From a virus (Duplodnaviria; Caudoviricetes): a DNA stretch of 60,599 nt. Position 1 is the stretch's first letter. Each line of letters begins with the position of its first letter. Of the stretch, positions 9,159 through 17,865 are shown piece after piece. The stretch spans positions 1 to 60,599 of the IMG/VR virus record IMGVR_UViG_3300048856_000135, one strand, 5' to 3'. The notes below the pieces were generated by a model, which saw nothing but the letters and a program-made list of their open reading frames with translations, was not told the DNA's origin and made no database searches. Made by a program: the position numbers and the translations under genes.

Positions 9159-9404
9159 ATGAACAACACTGTCCAAAGAATAGAAGAGATCGAGATCCAG
9201 CAGATACTAGCGCTTGATAGTAAAGTTAGCCTTGCGGAGGCAAGAGAGCTGCACAAAAAGAAAATGGATCTTCTGAATGAATATAAAAACGAGCAGCTGA
9301 TGAATAAAGTAGAATCACTATGGCCAAGATTTTCACGTTTGAAACGGCTGCAAAGAACGGTCCGGAGATTAACAAATAGATCAGATCCTGCCAGCAACTT
9401 ATGA
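9159..9404 (+). CDS. Hypothetical protein
   Basis: 81-aa helical ORF with A-rich upstream. Confidence 0.5.
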   Translation: MNNTVQRIEEIEIQQILALDSKVSLAEARELHKKKMDLLNEYKNEQLMNKVESLWPRFSRLKRLQRTVRRLTNRSDPASNL

Positions 9405-9608
9405 AATGCCTTTTAACACCAATTTCAGCGAACATATGTTACCATCTATTTCTAGAATTTGCTGTTCTACATCAAGAACGTCGTCCTTTTTTAAAGTCAG
9501 AAGTGTTTTGTATTGCTCAAATAGTCTAATGGATGCCCAGATCGATTTCTCAAATTGGTCAGCTTGACTCCCGTCTGGATTCATATTATTGTAAGTGAAG
9601 TTTGACAT
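9399..9608 (-). CDS. Hypothetical protein
   Basis: 69-aa ORF following the 75-aa cassette gene on the same strand. Confidence 0.5.
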   Translation of the reverse strand: MSNFTYNNMNPDGSQADQFEKSIWASIRLFEQYKTLLTLKKDDVLDVEQQILEIDGNICSLKLVLKGIS

Positions 9609-9636
9609 AGGGTAAATATACCATTAATGAACGTAT

Positions 9637-9864
9637 TTAAAGCTGGACGTAATCTTTGTCAAACAGGTGATGGTCAATCCTATCCATATGCATAAGGAAA
9701 TCAGTGCTTTTGTTAGATACAATTTTATTTCCAAAATCGATAATGCAGATAACTGCAGCATCTGCGCTCTTTAAAGAGACTTCTAACAATAGGATCTCTT
9801 CGTGTGTGCAACGGTCCTGGATCCTGTAGCCTAAATCAGGTCTGTGATAAATTATTCTTACCAT
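9637..9864 (-). CDS. Conserved 75-aa hypothetical protein, copy 1
   Basis: 54/75 aa identical to 55569-55796 with many synonymous changes; ATG directly after TAAACTTTG promoter-like element. Confidence 0.8.
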   Translation of the reverse strand: MVRIIYHRPDLGYRIQDRCTHEEILLLEVSLKSADAAVICIIDFGNKIVSNKSTDFLMHMDRIDHHLFDKDYVQL

Positions 9865-10157
9865 GGCAAAGTTTACGGAGAGTTTTGCAAAAACGATGCG
9901 AAACCTTCGTGTTGAACTACGTAAAAAGTGAATTATAAACCTCGGAAAAGATGGGGGCCCACTGATATAAGCCCCCGTAAGTCCCATAATAAACTTTGGA
10001 AATGTAACGCTAGTTTTTGCCCAAAGTAAATAATCCAGCCATCCGGCTTTCTAACGACAAGATAAGAACGATGGGGCTTGGTTGCAAAAAAAATAAAAAG
10101 AAAAGGGCAACCAATGCTGGCTGCCCAATCCCATTAACGCTCTCACGACAAATGTAG
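9851..10157. repeat. ~307-nt mostly non-coding block, copy 1 (copy 2 at 55783-56089)
   Basis: About 10 differences by hand alignment (~97% identity), same orientation. Confidence 0.95.
10090..10145 (-). ncRNA. Candidate ~55-nt small RNA (GAGAGCGUUA... plus terminator hairpin)
   Basis: Minus-strand TACATTTG (TAnnTTTG) at 10149-10156, no ORF, then GGGCAGCCA-gcat-TGGTTGCCC and a U-tract; the copy-2 substitution keeps pairing as U-G. Confidence 0.55.
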
Positions 10158-10248
10158 AAAAACAGTTTATAAATTGGCTATTTACTGCTTGTTCGTGTAA
10201 GAAAATGTAAATGTTTGCTCAATAGCCACAATTAAGGGCTTAGGTTCA

Positions 10249-10261
10249 CTAATAATATTAG
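10249..10261. promoter_or_regulatory. CTAA-N5-TTAG palindrome, putative Bacteroidota LexA/SOS box
   Basis: CTAAtaataTTAG ending 27 nt before ATG 10288; same motif and spacing before paralog 56721. Confidence 0.65.
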
Positions 10262-10287
10262 CAATTTCACCCCGTTAACGTATCATC

Positions 10288-10620
10288 ATGCAAGACGATT
10301 TAAAGGACAAAACCAGCAAAGCGTGCAAGGATAAGCTCAATGTTGCCATGAAGGCTTTTAATGCTGGATGCATCATCTATTCACAGGATAGAAAATGCTG
10401 GTACACGCCCTGGGAGTTCATGGAGTGTGACGAACGTGTTGTGTTTGGAGGTTTGGGATTAGAAAAACACATAAACTTTACCCTGATGTATCCGAACCAC
10501 GCAATTGCAAGAAAGTTTGAGGACCTGCAAAGAGCCCAGGCAGCTTGTGACGCTTTCATCAAAAAGGTGCTTACAGCGTTTGAATTTAAATACAAGCCCG
10601 CAGACGAAAAGGAAGGCTAA
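10288..10620 (+). CDS. Conserved 110-aa hypothetical protein, copy 1, putatively SOS-controlled
   Basis: 69/110 aa identical to 56721-57053. Confidence 0.85.
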   Translation: MQDDLKDKTSKACKDKLNVAMKAFNAGCIIYSQDRKCWYTPWEFMECDERVVFGGLGLEKHINFTLMYPNHAIARKFEDLQRAQAACDAFIKKVLTAFEFKYKPADEKEG

Positions 10621-10672
10621 ATCAATGGCATGACGTCAAATACGGGGATGTAATTTACCCCTATTTATTTTA

Positions 10673-10706
10673 CTAAATCCTTGAGTATTTATACTAAGAT
10701 TTTTAC
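10673..10706. promoter_or_regulatory. Two degenerate CTAA-N5-TTAG boxes
   Basis: CTAAatcctTGAG (10673-10685) and CTAAgatttTTAC (10694-10706), one mismatch each, upstream of 10771. Confidence 0.4.
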
Positions 10707-10770
10707 TATTTTTACATCAGCCCTCAATACATAACCTTTCTAAAAATGAACTGCGCTAATCATCTGCACA

Positions 10771-11280
10771 ATGAGCGCTAGAATTCTATTGCCAGTTTGG
10801 CCACACATCAAGAAGTACCTTATGGTACAGTACGGAAAGGAAATGATCTTGAGCAATCGGGGCATGCCTTCCTGTCTATTGTTAAACATGCTTGAGAAGC
10901 ATAAAAAAGGTGATCCTGCAACGATCCGCCCTAGTCAGAAACTGATCGACAACGTGAAGTATCTGCCTTATCCCGTTTTCATTGGTGATACTATCCAGCA
11001 GAAGCGAGGTTTATATTGGAGCCAGGAAAAGATAAAGCACTTCAATGAAAGCGTAGATGATATGTTCCGCGAAGAGATGTACCGCTGGTGCAATCATCCA
11101 AACTCAACAGATCAGGTCATTGACTTTCAAATCGTGCGCTTCCGTGATCAGTACAACATCTCTGAAGACGAGCTTCCATTTGATAACCTAAAACGCTGGT
11201 ACTACCGCGAACGCCAGCGCCTTGTAGACCGTGCCACGGTTGAAGTTGAACGCCCCGCTCAATTAGAATTAGCTTATTAA
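10771..11280 (+). CDS. Hypothetical protein, candidate late-gene activator
   Basis: Sits between early and structural modules; C-terminal FRDQYNISEDELPFDNLKRWYYRER HTH-like segment. Confidence 0.5.
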   Translation: MSARILLPVWPHIKKYLMVQYGKEMILSNRGMPSCLLLNMLEKHKKGDPATIRPSQKLIDNVKYLPYPVFIGDTIQQKRGLYWSQEKIKHFNESVDDMFREEMYRWCNHPNSTDQVIDFQIVRFRDQYNISEDELPFDNLKRWYYRERQRLVDRATVEVERPAQLELAY

Positions 11281-11289
11281 TCTACACGC

Positions 11290-11724
11290 ATGAATTATTA
11301 CGAGAACGATAACATTGGCAGCCTCAAGGCTGTTGAAATCATCAGGCATGATCTTCCGATCGCCTACGCCCCTATTTACCTACCTGTTGAATCCAGCTGG
11401 ACCAGCATCCCCATCAAGGAAGAAGCAGGTGAGCTGCTCTTGAAAACCGAGGGTTCAGACAATGGGCCCATTTACATTTACTCCGGATCTTTCTTCATCC
11501 ACAACATGCGCCATGAGGTGGATCAGGCGCTGCTCCCCTTCTGCGGTCGAGCAGTTGCGATTCTCCGGGTTACCGACATGAATGACCGTGTGTACATCCT
11601 CGGTACACCAGATGCACCGGTTACCCTGAACGTAGCTGCAGGTACTGGTAGAAAATACAGCAACGAAAACGGATCTGCCTTCAATTTTACGGTTGATCAA
11701 ACATCCCCTGCACCAGCTGCTTAG
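11290..11724 (+). CDS. Virion protein, tail-tube-like fold suspected
   Basis: Beta-rich; RVTDMNDRVYILGTPDAP resembles the FYQIGTVGMPA region of 14610-15167. Confidence 0.45.
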   Translation: MNYYENDNIGSLKAVEIIRHDLPIAYAPIYLPVESSWTSIPIKEEAGELLLKTEGSDNGPIYIYSGSFFIHNMRHEVDQALLPFCGRAVAILRVTDMNDRVYILGTPDAPVTLNVAAGTGRKYSNENGSAFNFTVDQTSPAPAA

Positions 11725-11726
11725 GC

Positions 11727-11762
11727 TGTCCTTTCGGCTCCCTTAATCAATGCGGAAGTTTG
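11727..11762 (+). promoter_or_regulatory. Putative late promoter TGTCCTTT-N24-TTTG, copy 1
   Basis: Same motif and spacing before four late operons. Confidence 0.75.
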
Positions 11763-11807
11763 TGATCACAAAGGCTAATAACCACGATCACAAACAATCC
11801 GTATTGC

Positions 11808-12914
11808 ATGAGCAAACCAATCTTCAATGTTGTAAAAAATGAAGCGGCCAATGAAGCCAGCATTTTCCTGTATGGGATTATCGGCGATTACTGGTACAGT
11901 GACAATCCCGTTACTGCTCGCGCACTGCAACGTCAACTCACCTACTTAAGCGATTACAAAAGAATCAATGTTCATCTGAACGGTCCTGGTGGCGATGTCC
12001 ACGAAGGCCTGCTCATCGTTAACACGATCCGTGCGGACAAAGGCGATCGCATTCACTTGTACAATGACGGTATCTGCGCAAGCATGATGGCTGTTATCCT
12101 TGCTTGTGTTCCCAAAGAACGCCGCCATGCTGCCAAAGCATCCTTAACCATGATCCACACGGCATCTACTTATGCCTGGGGAAATGCTGAAGATATGCGC
12201 GACACTGCCGATATGTTGGATAAACATGATGATGTGCTCGCGGGCATTATAGCCGATGGCTTAGGCATCACCATGGAGCAGGTTAAATCGAAATGGTTTG
12301 ACGGCAAGGATCACTGGCTTTCTGCCGCTGACGGCGAAGCTGAAGGCTTGTTTTCGGTTGAAGATTACGACATCTCAGACATTCCAGACAATGCAACCAA
12401 CCAGGCGCTGGATAAGATCGCGGCCTTCTACATCAAGCCTGTTGCCAACACCTCACAAAGTAAAATCACAAACACAGATACCATGGGATTATTATCCAAC
12501 AAATTTAAATCCATCTCTGCCCTGGCTAAAGTAGCAGCTGCAGATAGAACTGCTGCACATTTCGAAGCAGTTAAAGCCGAATTGGAAGCTGAAGGCCTTA
12601 CTGGCGTTACACTGGTTCCCGAAGACGAGCTTCAAGAGAAAGTTGATGCTGCCGAAAAGGTGCCGGCGCTTGAAACTCAGGTTACTGATCTTGGGACGCA
12701 GGTAAGCAATCTGACCACAGAGAAGGATTCTTTAACGCAAGAAGTAACTGCATTGAAAGCGACCGTTGCTGCTCAGGCCAAAGAACTTGGTAAGCCTGCA
12801 GAAGAGTTAAAAAAACCAGTCACAGACAAGATCGATACTGTAGGTGCCGAGACTGTAGTTGATGCGTTTGAAACATCTTTCGACCGTGAAGCTAGGCTTC
12901 GTTTTGCCAACTAA
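11808..12914 (+). CDS. ClpP-type head maturation protease with C-terminal coiled-coil scaffold
   Basis: VHLNGPGGDV, DGICASM, TMIHTAS, DHWLSA motifs; coiled-coil tail. Confidence 0.9.
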   Translation: MSKPIFNVVKNEAANEASIFLYGIIGDYWYSDNPVTARALQRQLTYLSDYKRINVHLNGPGGDVHEGLLIVNTIRADKGDRIHLYNDGICASMMAVILACVPKERRHAAKASLTMIHTASTYAWGNAEDMRDTADMLDKHDDVLAGIIADGLGITMEQVKSKWFDGKDHWLSAADGEAEGLFSVEDYDISDIPDNATNQALDKIAAFYIKPVANTSQSKITNTDTMGLLSNKFKSISALAKVAAADRTAAHFEAVKAELEAEGLTGVTLVPEDELQEKVDAAEKVPALETQVTDLGTQVSNLTTEKDSLTQEVTALKATVAAQAKELGKPAEELKKPVTDKIDTVGAETVVDAFETSFDREARLRFAN

Positions 12915-12967
12915 TCCACTAGTAACCATCTAAATTCCATAATCCAAAATCCCTTTATTCATTTAAA

Positions 12968-14056
12968 ATGAAAAACCTTAAGTTAAAAATCTCCCTGCTT
13001 GTGATCGGAATGATTGCTTATGCTGCAGGAACAATCTTCGCTAGCCCAGCGATTGGTTTAGGAACCGGTATGGGTCTAACTGCAATCGGTATGATCCCGC
13101 GTGTTGCTGGTGCCGCTTTCATGGCTACGCCGGACACATCCGCCTTGGCGGCTTATGCTGGCAAGTATGAGAATGCTCTATTCTCTACATTGAGGGCACG
13201 CTTGACCATCTTTAATGATGTAACCGTTATTCCTGGTGTTAAGAACATTTTGAAGTTAACCAAGCTTACTGTTGCAGATGGTGTACGCGGATACCGCGAA
13301 GACTTTGATGCTTCTGATTCAGATCTACAATATAGCGGGCGTGACCTTGCGACCACCCTATTGAAGCGTGACATGAAGATCAATCCCTTGAAGTACAGAA
13401 ATACTTGGATGAGCTAGGTAATGAAGCCAGGCGTTAACCCGAACGATATTCCTTTTGCTCAGTTTGTGAACAATGCCATCGTAGAACAGATCGCATCTGA
13501 GATTCAGCGTGGATCATACCTTGCGGTTAAAGGTGATGAATCTACCCTTGCAAAATCTTTTGATGGCTTAGGTACCATTATCGCTGCCGAGATCGCAAAA
13601 GAGGTTGCTAATGCAGGTACCGGTATTGTTCCAGTTGCTACTGGTGCTTTGACTGACTCTAATGCTGTTACCAAATTTGAAGAAATGGTAGCTTCTATGC
13701 CATCAGATTTCGTGGATGCTGGTTTTCCGATCTACGCTTCTGTAGAATCTGCTCGTAAGTACAACCACAACTATCGTGAGCTGTACGGTAAGTACCAGGA
13801 GAAAGATGAGAAAGGCAACTTGATCATTGACAACACTGCTGGTAATGTTTACATCAAGCCTGTAAGCTGGATGGGTAAATCTGGAAGGTTAATCGCTTCT
13901 CCTATGGAGAACCTATTAGCTGGTGTGGATGCCGTTGGAGATTCAGACAAAATCTACACTGATCTTGAATTAGAGATCATCAAGTACAGAGTGTTGTTTG
14001 CTCTTGGATTCCAGATCCGTGATAAGGACGCAATGCGCGTAAACGATCAGGCATAA
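12968..14056 (+). pseudogene. Major capsid protein interrupted by in-frame TAG at 13415-13417
   Basis: ORFs 12968-13417 and 13421-14056 share a frame (...W M S * V M K P G...), 362 codons in total; follows the protease; hydrophobic N-terminus. Confidence 0.75.
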
Positions 14057-14107
14057 TTAACAGATTCTTTAACGGTCCGGGTTCTGCCCGGGCCTTAATC
14101 ATTTACA

Positions 14108-14605
14108 ATGAGTAAGAAAAAAGCAACGGCGCAGGTTGATCATGTAGTTACCCAAGACACACTGGATCTTAATCCGGACTTAGCCGAGCAAGGCGTGAAA
14201 GTCGGAGAAACCATACAGTACCCCGCGGATCCTCAAGCGGCTAAGGCATCTGATGAGATCATTGCGGAGCTTCAAGCGGAAAATGAAGCTTTACGCGCTC
14301 AGTTGACGCAGTGTGAAGCTGACTATAAAGAGCAGCTTACACAGCAGGATCAGGAAACTGAAGACCTGCGCACTCAGCTTAAAGAGGCAATGGAAATCGT
14401 GGCGGATGCTACTGCAGGTTTCAATAAGACTGCTGCTATGGCACCCAACACGCTGGAAGCAGAAGTAAACGGTAAGAAATTCAAGGTAAACCATGGTGTT
14501 CACTTTGAAGGCAAGCAATACACCGCTCAGGACCTGGTAGAAGATACCGAGGTACTGGAAAAGCTGCTTGCCATTGGTTCAGGTTCAATCACATTAATCG
14601 ATTAA
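14108..14605 (+). CDS. Coiled-coil virion/assembly protein
   Basis: Follows capsid gene; central heptad repeats. Confidence 0.6.
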   Translation: MSKKKATAQVDHVVTQDTLDLNPDLAEQGVKVGETIQYPADPQAAKASDEIIAELQAENEALRAQLTQCEADYKEQLTQQDQETEDLRTQLKEAMEIVADATAGFNKTAAMAPNTLEAEVNGKKFKVNHGVHFEGKQYTAQDLVEDTEVLEKLLAIGSGSITLID

Positions 14606-14609
14606 TAAA

Positions 14610-15167
14610 ATGCAAAACTATTCAAGCATTACAGGCTTAGGGTTTCAGTTTGAAGACGGATTAGAGAATCCATCTGGTATCCAAGAGCAAGCCTACCTAA
14701 TTCCGGTAAGCTACATCAAGACAGAAGGCAAGCCGGTGGCTGTAGCAACAGACGCGGGTAGCTTGGCCACGATCGCAATTGCGCACGTACTTGCTGCAGG
14801 AAAGGCACCAATTTTGGTGAACCCCTTGAACGGTAAATCCGGTGCTAACTTTAAACTATCTGGAGAAGAAACGTCAAAGATATTTGAAACGGATCCGGAG
14901 TTATTTATTCCGCAGATTTCTGCAGCTACCTTGGGTAGTGCTGCCGCCATAAAGAACATGCGGTTTTTGTTGCTAGTTCGCAGACCAGGTCAGGATACCG
15001 GCTTCTACCAGATAGGTACAGTAGGTATGCCAGCAAAGGTTCAGGACATGCCAGGCGGATTAGGTGTAGGTCCAACCGGTGAGGTTGGTATCAAGATCAC
15101 TTTGAAAGCGTTCAACACCGTAGCGATGTATGAGTACACCGCTGAGCTTCCGGTTGCTGGTGTTTAA
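14610..15167 (+). CDS. Probable major tail (tube) protein
   Basis: 185 aa, Gly/Ala/Thr-rich beta protein, ENPSGI motif, position in structural operon. Confidence 0.55.
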   Translation: MQNYSSITGLGFQFEDGLENPSGIQEQAYLIPVSYIKTEGKPVAVATDAGSLATIAIAHVLAAGKAPILVNPLNGKSGANFKLSGEETSKIFETDPELFIPQISAATLGSAAAIKNMRFLLLVRRPGQDTGFYQIGTVGMPAKVQDMPGGLGVGPTGEVGIKITLKAFNTVAMYEYTAELPVAGV

Positions 15168-15176
15168 TTGGTTCCA

Positions 15177-15362
15177 ATGAAAGCAAACTTTCAATTAAGC
15201 CCAGAACTAGTCGGAAAGTTCAAAGTCGTTAACACAACCCTTCCTGCTCTGCACAGCAGGATCGGTTATGTCGATTTCAGAACAATGACACTCGACCAGG
15301 CAGAAGCACTGGTAAAAGCTGGCACTCGCTATTTGAGGGCAGTACCGGTGAAGAAAAAGTAA
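15177..15362 (+). CDS. Small hypothetical virion-associated protein
   Basis: GYVDFRTMTLDQAEALVKAG; last gene before terminator. Confidence 0.6.
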   Translation: MKANFQLSPELVGKFKVVNTTLPALHSRIGYVDFRTMTLDQAEALVKAGTRYLRAVPVKKK

Positions 15363-15392
15363 ACGTCAGTTCGTTTAATAGTAGGTTAGGCT

Positions 15393-15424
15393 AAAAAGCG
15401 GTTCAGAGATGGACCGCTTTTTTT
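15393..15424 (+). terminator. Intrinsic terminator
   Basis: AAAAAGCGGTTC-agagat-GGACCGCTTTTTTT. Confidence 0.8.
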
Positions 15425-15565
15425 ATATTCCTGTGAATATCTGAGATTAATGGTGCCTATATTTAACATTTTTTTACATTCCATTATCAATGTATTTATG
15501 AAATTTCTTTCCATATTTGTAAACTTTTAACTTTATCACTTGTATTTAATACATCAATAAAATAT

Positions 15566-15913
15566 ATGCGCAAACCGAACAAGCTTTATACCTTTAAGAA
15601 TGTAAAAAATGTTGACTTTAGAACAGTTTGGGCAAGCGGAGTTTTTGGTGGTATGACGGCTAAGGGCCAATTAAATATGAATTTTTTTCTTGATACGCTC
15701 GAATTACCGAAGTCTGTACAACACGAAATCATTGGCAATGATCTTGCTATAAATCCATTGCCGGCTCCTCCGGTTGAACCTTCTTCAGTCAGAGAGGTTC
15801 AGTTTGGCTTGCTACTTGACTTAGAAGTTGCCAAGACTGTTGTAAAGTGGATGCAAGAACATATTAACGAATTCGAGCAAAGGTTTGGAGATATTAATAA
15901 AGAAAGAGGATAG
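15566..15913 (+). CDS. Moron gene 1, DUF3467-like small protein
   Basis: AT-rich; WASGVFGG...NFFLD...REVQFGLLL...AKTVVKWM pattern. Confidence 0.6.
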   Translation: MRKPNKLYTFKNVKNVDFRTVWASGVFGGMTAKGQLNMNFFLDTLELPKSVQHEIIGNDLAINPLPAPPVEPSSVREVQFGLLLDLEVAKTVVKWMQEHINEFEQRFGDINKERG

Positions 15914-15915
15914 TC

Positions 15916-16485
15916 ATGGGAGTTCCAGCAGATATAAAAGAAAAAGCAGATGCAACGTTCTTGAACGGTGTAATTCCTGCAGTGACATGTTCGTACAATA
16001 TGATAAACACTTCTAATTTTGTTGGGGGATTTTATTTCTTACCGCAAGAAGTGGCTCTTAAATCATTTAAAGAAAATCAATTGGTTGAACGTTTTTTCCG
16101 AATTTTAAATAAAGACCGGGTTAGCTATCATGCTCTCACAACAAGCTCGGATGAAAGATTGAGACGTCAAATTGAAGAACTATCAGAGTTAATTTCAAAG
16201 TTGAATCCTGCTACTTTTACTATTCAACCTACCTACGACGGAAGCGTTTTGTATTCGTTTACATTAGATGACACTAATTATTATTTAGAACATTTTTTAG
16301 ATTATAAAACCGCTGATGTAGATGAGGTTGTAATCACTGCGTTTCAGGGTAATTCCATGACTGTTGATTATTCAGGTAGCTTAGAAGAAGCTTATTCTCA
16401 TTTTATCCCAAAAAGTAAACGGTTCGTTCAACAACAAACAACTAAAATTAATGCCTCAAGTGTATCCAGACACGCTTTTACCTAA
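15916..16485 (+). CDS. Moron gene 2, antitoxin-like hypothetical
   Basis: AT-rich; IQPTYDGSVLYSF motif; overlaps gene 3. Confidence 0.55.
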   Translation: MGVPADIKEKADATFLNGVIPAVTCSYNMINTSNFVGGFYFLPQEVALKSFKENQLVERFFRILNKDRVSYHALTTSSDERLRRQIEELSELISKLNPATFTIQPTYDGSVLYSFTLDDTNYYLEHFLDYKTADVDEVVITAFQGNSMTVDYSGSLEEAYSHFIPKSKRFVQQQTTKINASSVSRHAFT

Positions 16486-17092
16486 GAAGGAGTATAAGTT
16501 CATAGACTGCGATATAACAGAAGAATTTTTAATCCGATATGTTGACAGATCAAACGTCAACGACTCGATTTTAGACGAATCGGGCAAGCTTGCTGTTAGT
16601 CGTATTTGTAGTCCCAAAGATCATATTAACGATTTATCTACATGTTTGCTTGGATGGTATAAAACTGAACATACTAAAATTGAATTTACCCAATCAGGCA
16701 AAGCTCTTTTTAACCCGTATTGCAGTCCGGATGAGGAAGGTCCTACCCCCACATACCCTGACCATTTCGACCTTAATCAAGCCCGAACCTATTGGGGAAT
16801 AAAAATAGCTTCGCTAAGTAATATAACTCCTTCTATCAAACTTGAAGATGTTTCATACAAGGTGAGCTGCTTCGCTAAGCATACTCCGACAAGAGGCAAT
16901 TTTTGGCATTTTTCAATTCTATGGAATGTGGAAGGAAAGACATTAGAGGAATTCGCTAATAATGATCCGCGCCTAATTAAAAAAATTGCAACAAAGATTG
17001 GCGCAAATGCAAGAGCTGCTTTTGCAAACTATGCTACAGTTGAAGTCTTCGATCATCCCGGGCTGAATGAACCCTGTTTTTGTAAGAATTAA
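16451..17092 (+). CDS. Moron gene 3, candidate toxin/effector
   Basis: FLIR...DLST...HTPTRGNFWHFSI pattern reminiscent of ART/RES-like toxins. Confidence 0.5.
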   Translation: MPQVYPDTLLPKKEYKFIDCDITEEFLIRYVDRSNVNDSILDESGKLAVSRICSPKDHINDLSTCLLGWYKTEHTKIEFTQSGKALFNPYCSPDEEGPTPTYPDHFDLNQARTYWGIKIASLSNITPSIKLEDVSYKVSCFAKHTPTRGNFWHFSILWNVEGKTLEEFANNDPRLIKKIATKIGANARAAFANYATVEVFDHPGLNEPCFCKN

Positions 17093-17093
17093 C

Positions 17094-17119
17094 CTCTGCA
17101 CATCGCAGAGTTTTTTTTT
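17094..17119 (+). terminator. Intrinsic terminator closing the moron
   Basis: CTCTGC-acatc-GCAGAG-T9. Confidence 0.75.
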
Positions 17120-17132
17120 GCCCTATTTTCCC

Positions 17133-17168
17133 TGTCCTTTCCCACTTTCCCTGTTATGATCACCTTTG
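17133..17168 (+). promoter_or_regulatory. Putative late promoter, copy 2
   Basis: TGTCCTTT-N24-TTTG-N4-ATG(17173). Confidence 0.75.
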
Positions 17169-17172
17169 AATC

Positions 17173-17865
17173 ATGCAGGAAATCAACGCATGGCTGCGAT
17201 CAGGTAAAGATTTTGAAACAGGGAAAGCGCTGTACATCAAATACGGCAAGAACTCCCTATTCAAATCCCTACTGAATACCCAGGGAGCCACGCCGTACAA
17301 CATAAAGAAGCTCGGAGCAGATCTTAAGGATCTGGCTCCGGCTCCACCTGCCATAAGCACCGATGCACCCCCCATCTCTATAGTTGCCACCGTACCCCCT
17401 CCTGCCAACGAGCAAGAGGGGGAAAAAGCGGAACCGTCCAATCCGTATACGGCACCAACAAACAACACTTCCGAGTATCCAAAGTACCTGCAGCTAAAAG
17501 ATTACATCCAGAAGCTGTATCGTCAGATCGAGCGAAACCGAACTGAACTTGATTTGGGCACCAATCCTGCATTCTTGCACCAAACGGCCAAGCAAATACT
17601 TTCCCTGCACGGAAAGTTGCAGGATGCTTGGAAAACGGTAGACTATTACGATGAACACGGTCGCTTCCCTGCATTAAAACCTACAACAGAAGAGGTTCGC
17701 GCAGAACTATCACCGGCAGACGAGATCCAGCTTCTACGCCAAAGTACTTCCAAGGCAAAAACCCGCCTTAAAAATCCAAAATGCCGAGATGTGGAAGCCA
17801 CAAAGGCGCTGATCCAAAAGAATATCCAACGAATCAAAGAATTAGGAGGAACAGTTAAAGAATGA
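17173..17865 (+). CDS. Hypothetical protein at head of packaging operon
   Basis: 230 aa with Pro-rich linker; ATGA overlap with next gene. Confidence 0.7.
   Translation: MQEINAWLRSGKDFETGKALYIKYGKNSLFKSLLNTQGATPYNIKKLGADLKDLAPAPPAISTDAPPISIVATVPPPANEQEGEKAEPSNPYTAPTNNTSEYPKYLQLKDYIQKLYRQIERNRTELDLGTNPAFLHQTAKQILSLHGKLQDAWKTVDYYDEHGRFPALKPTTEEVRAELSPADEIQLLRQSTSKAKTRLKNPKCRDVEATKALIQKNIQRIKELGGTVKE

Noticed and set aside
9865-9987. 41-aa N-terminal extension of the 75-aa gene in the ORF track (also 55797-55919)
   Set aside because: Near-total DNA identity here versus synonymous divergence downstream, and a promoter-like element right before the internal ATG, favour non-coding; not fully excluded
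12968-14056. Genome-wide amber recoding (TAG read as Gln)
   Set aside because: TAG serves as a normal stop for several tightly packed genes (ending 8791, 11724, 15913, 31313, 37339) and only one gene is interrupted
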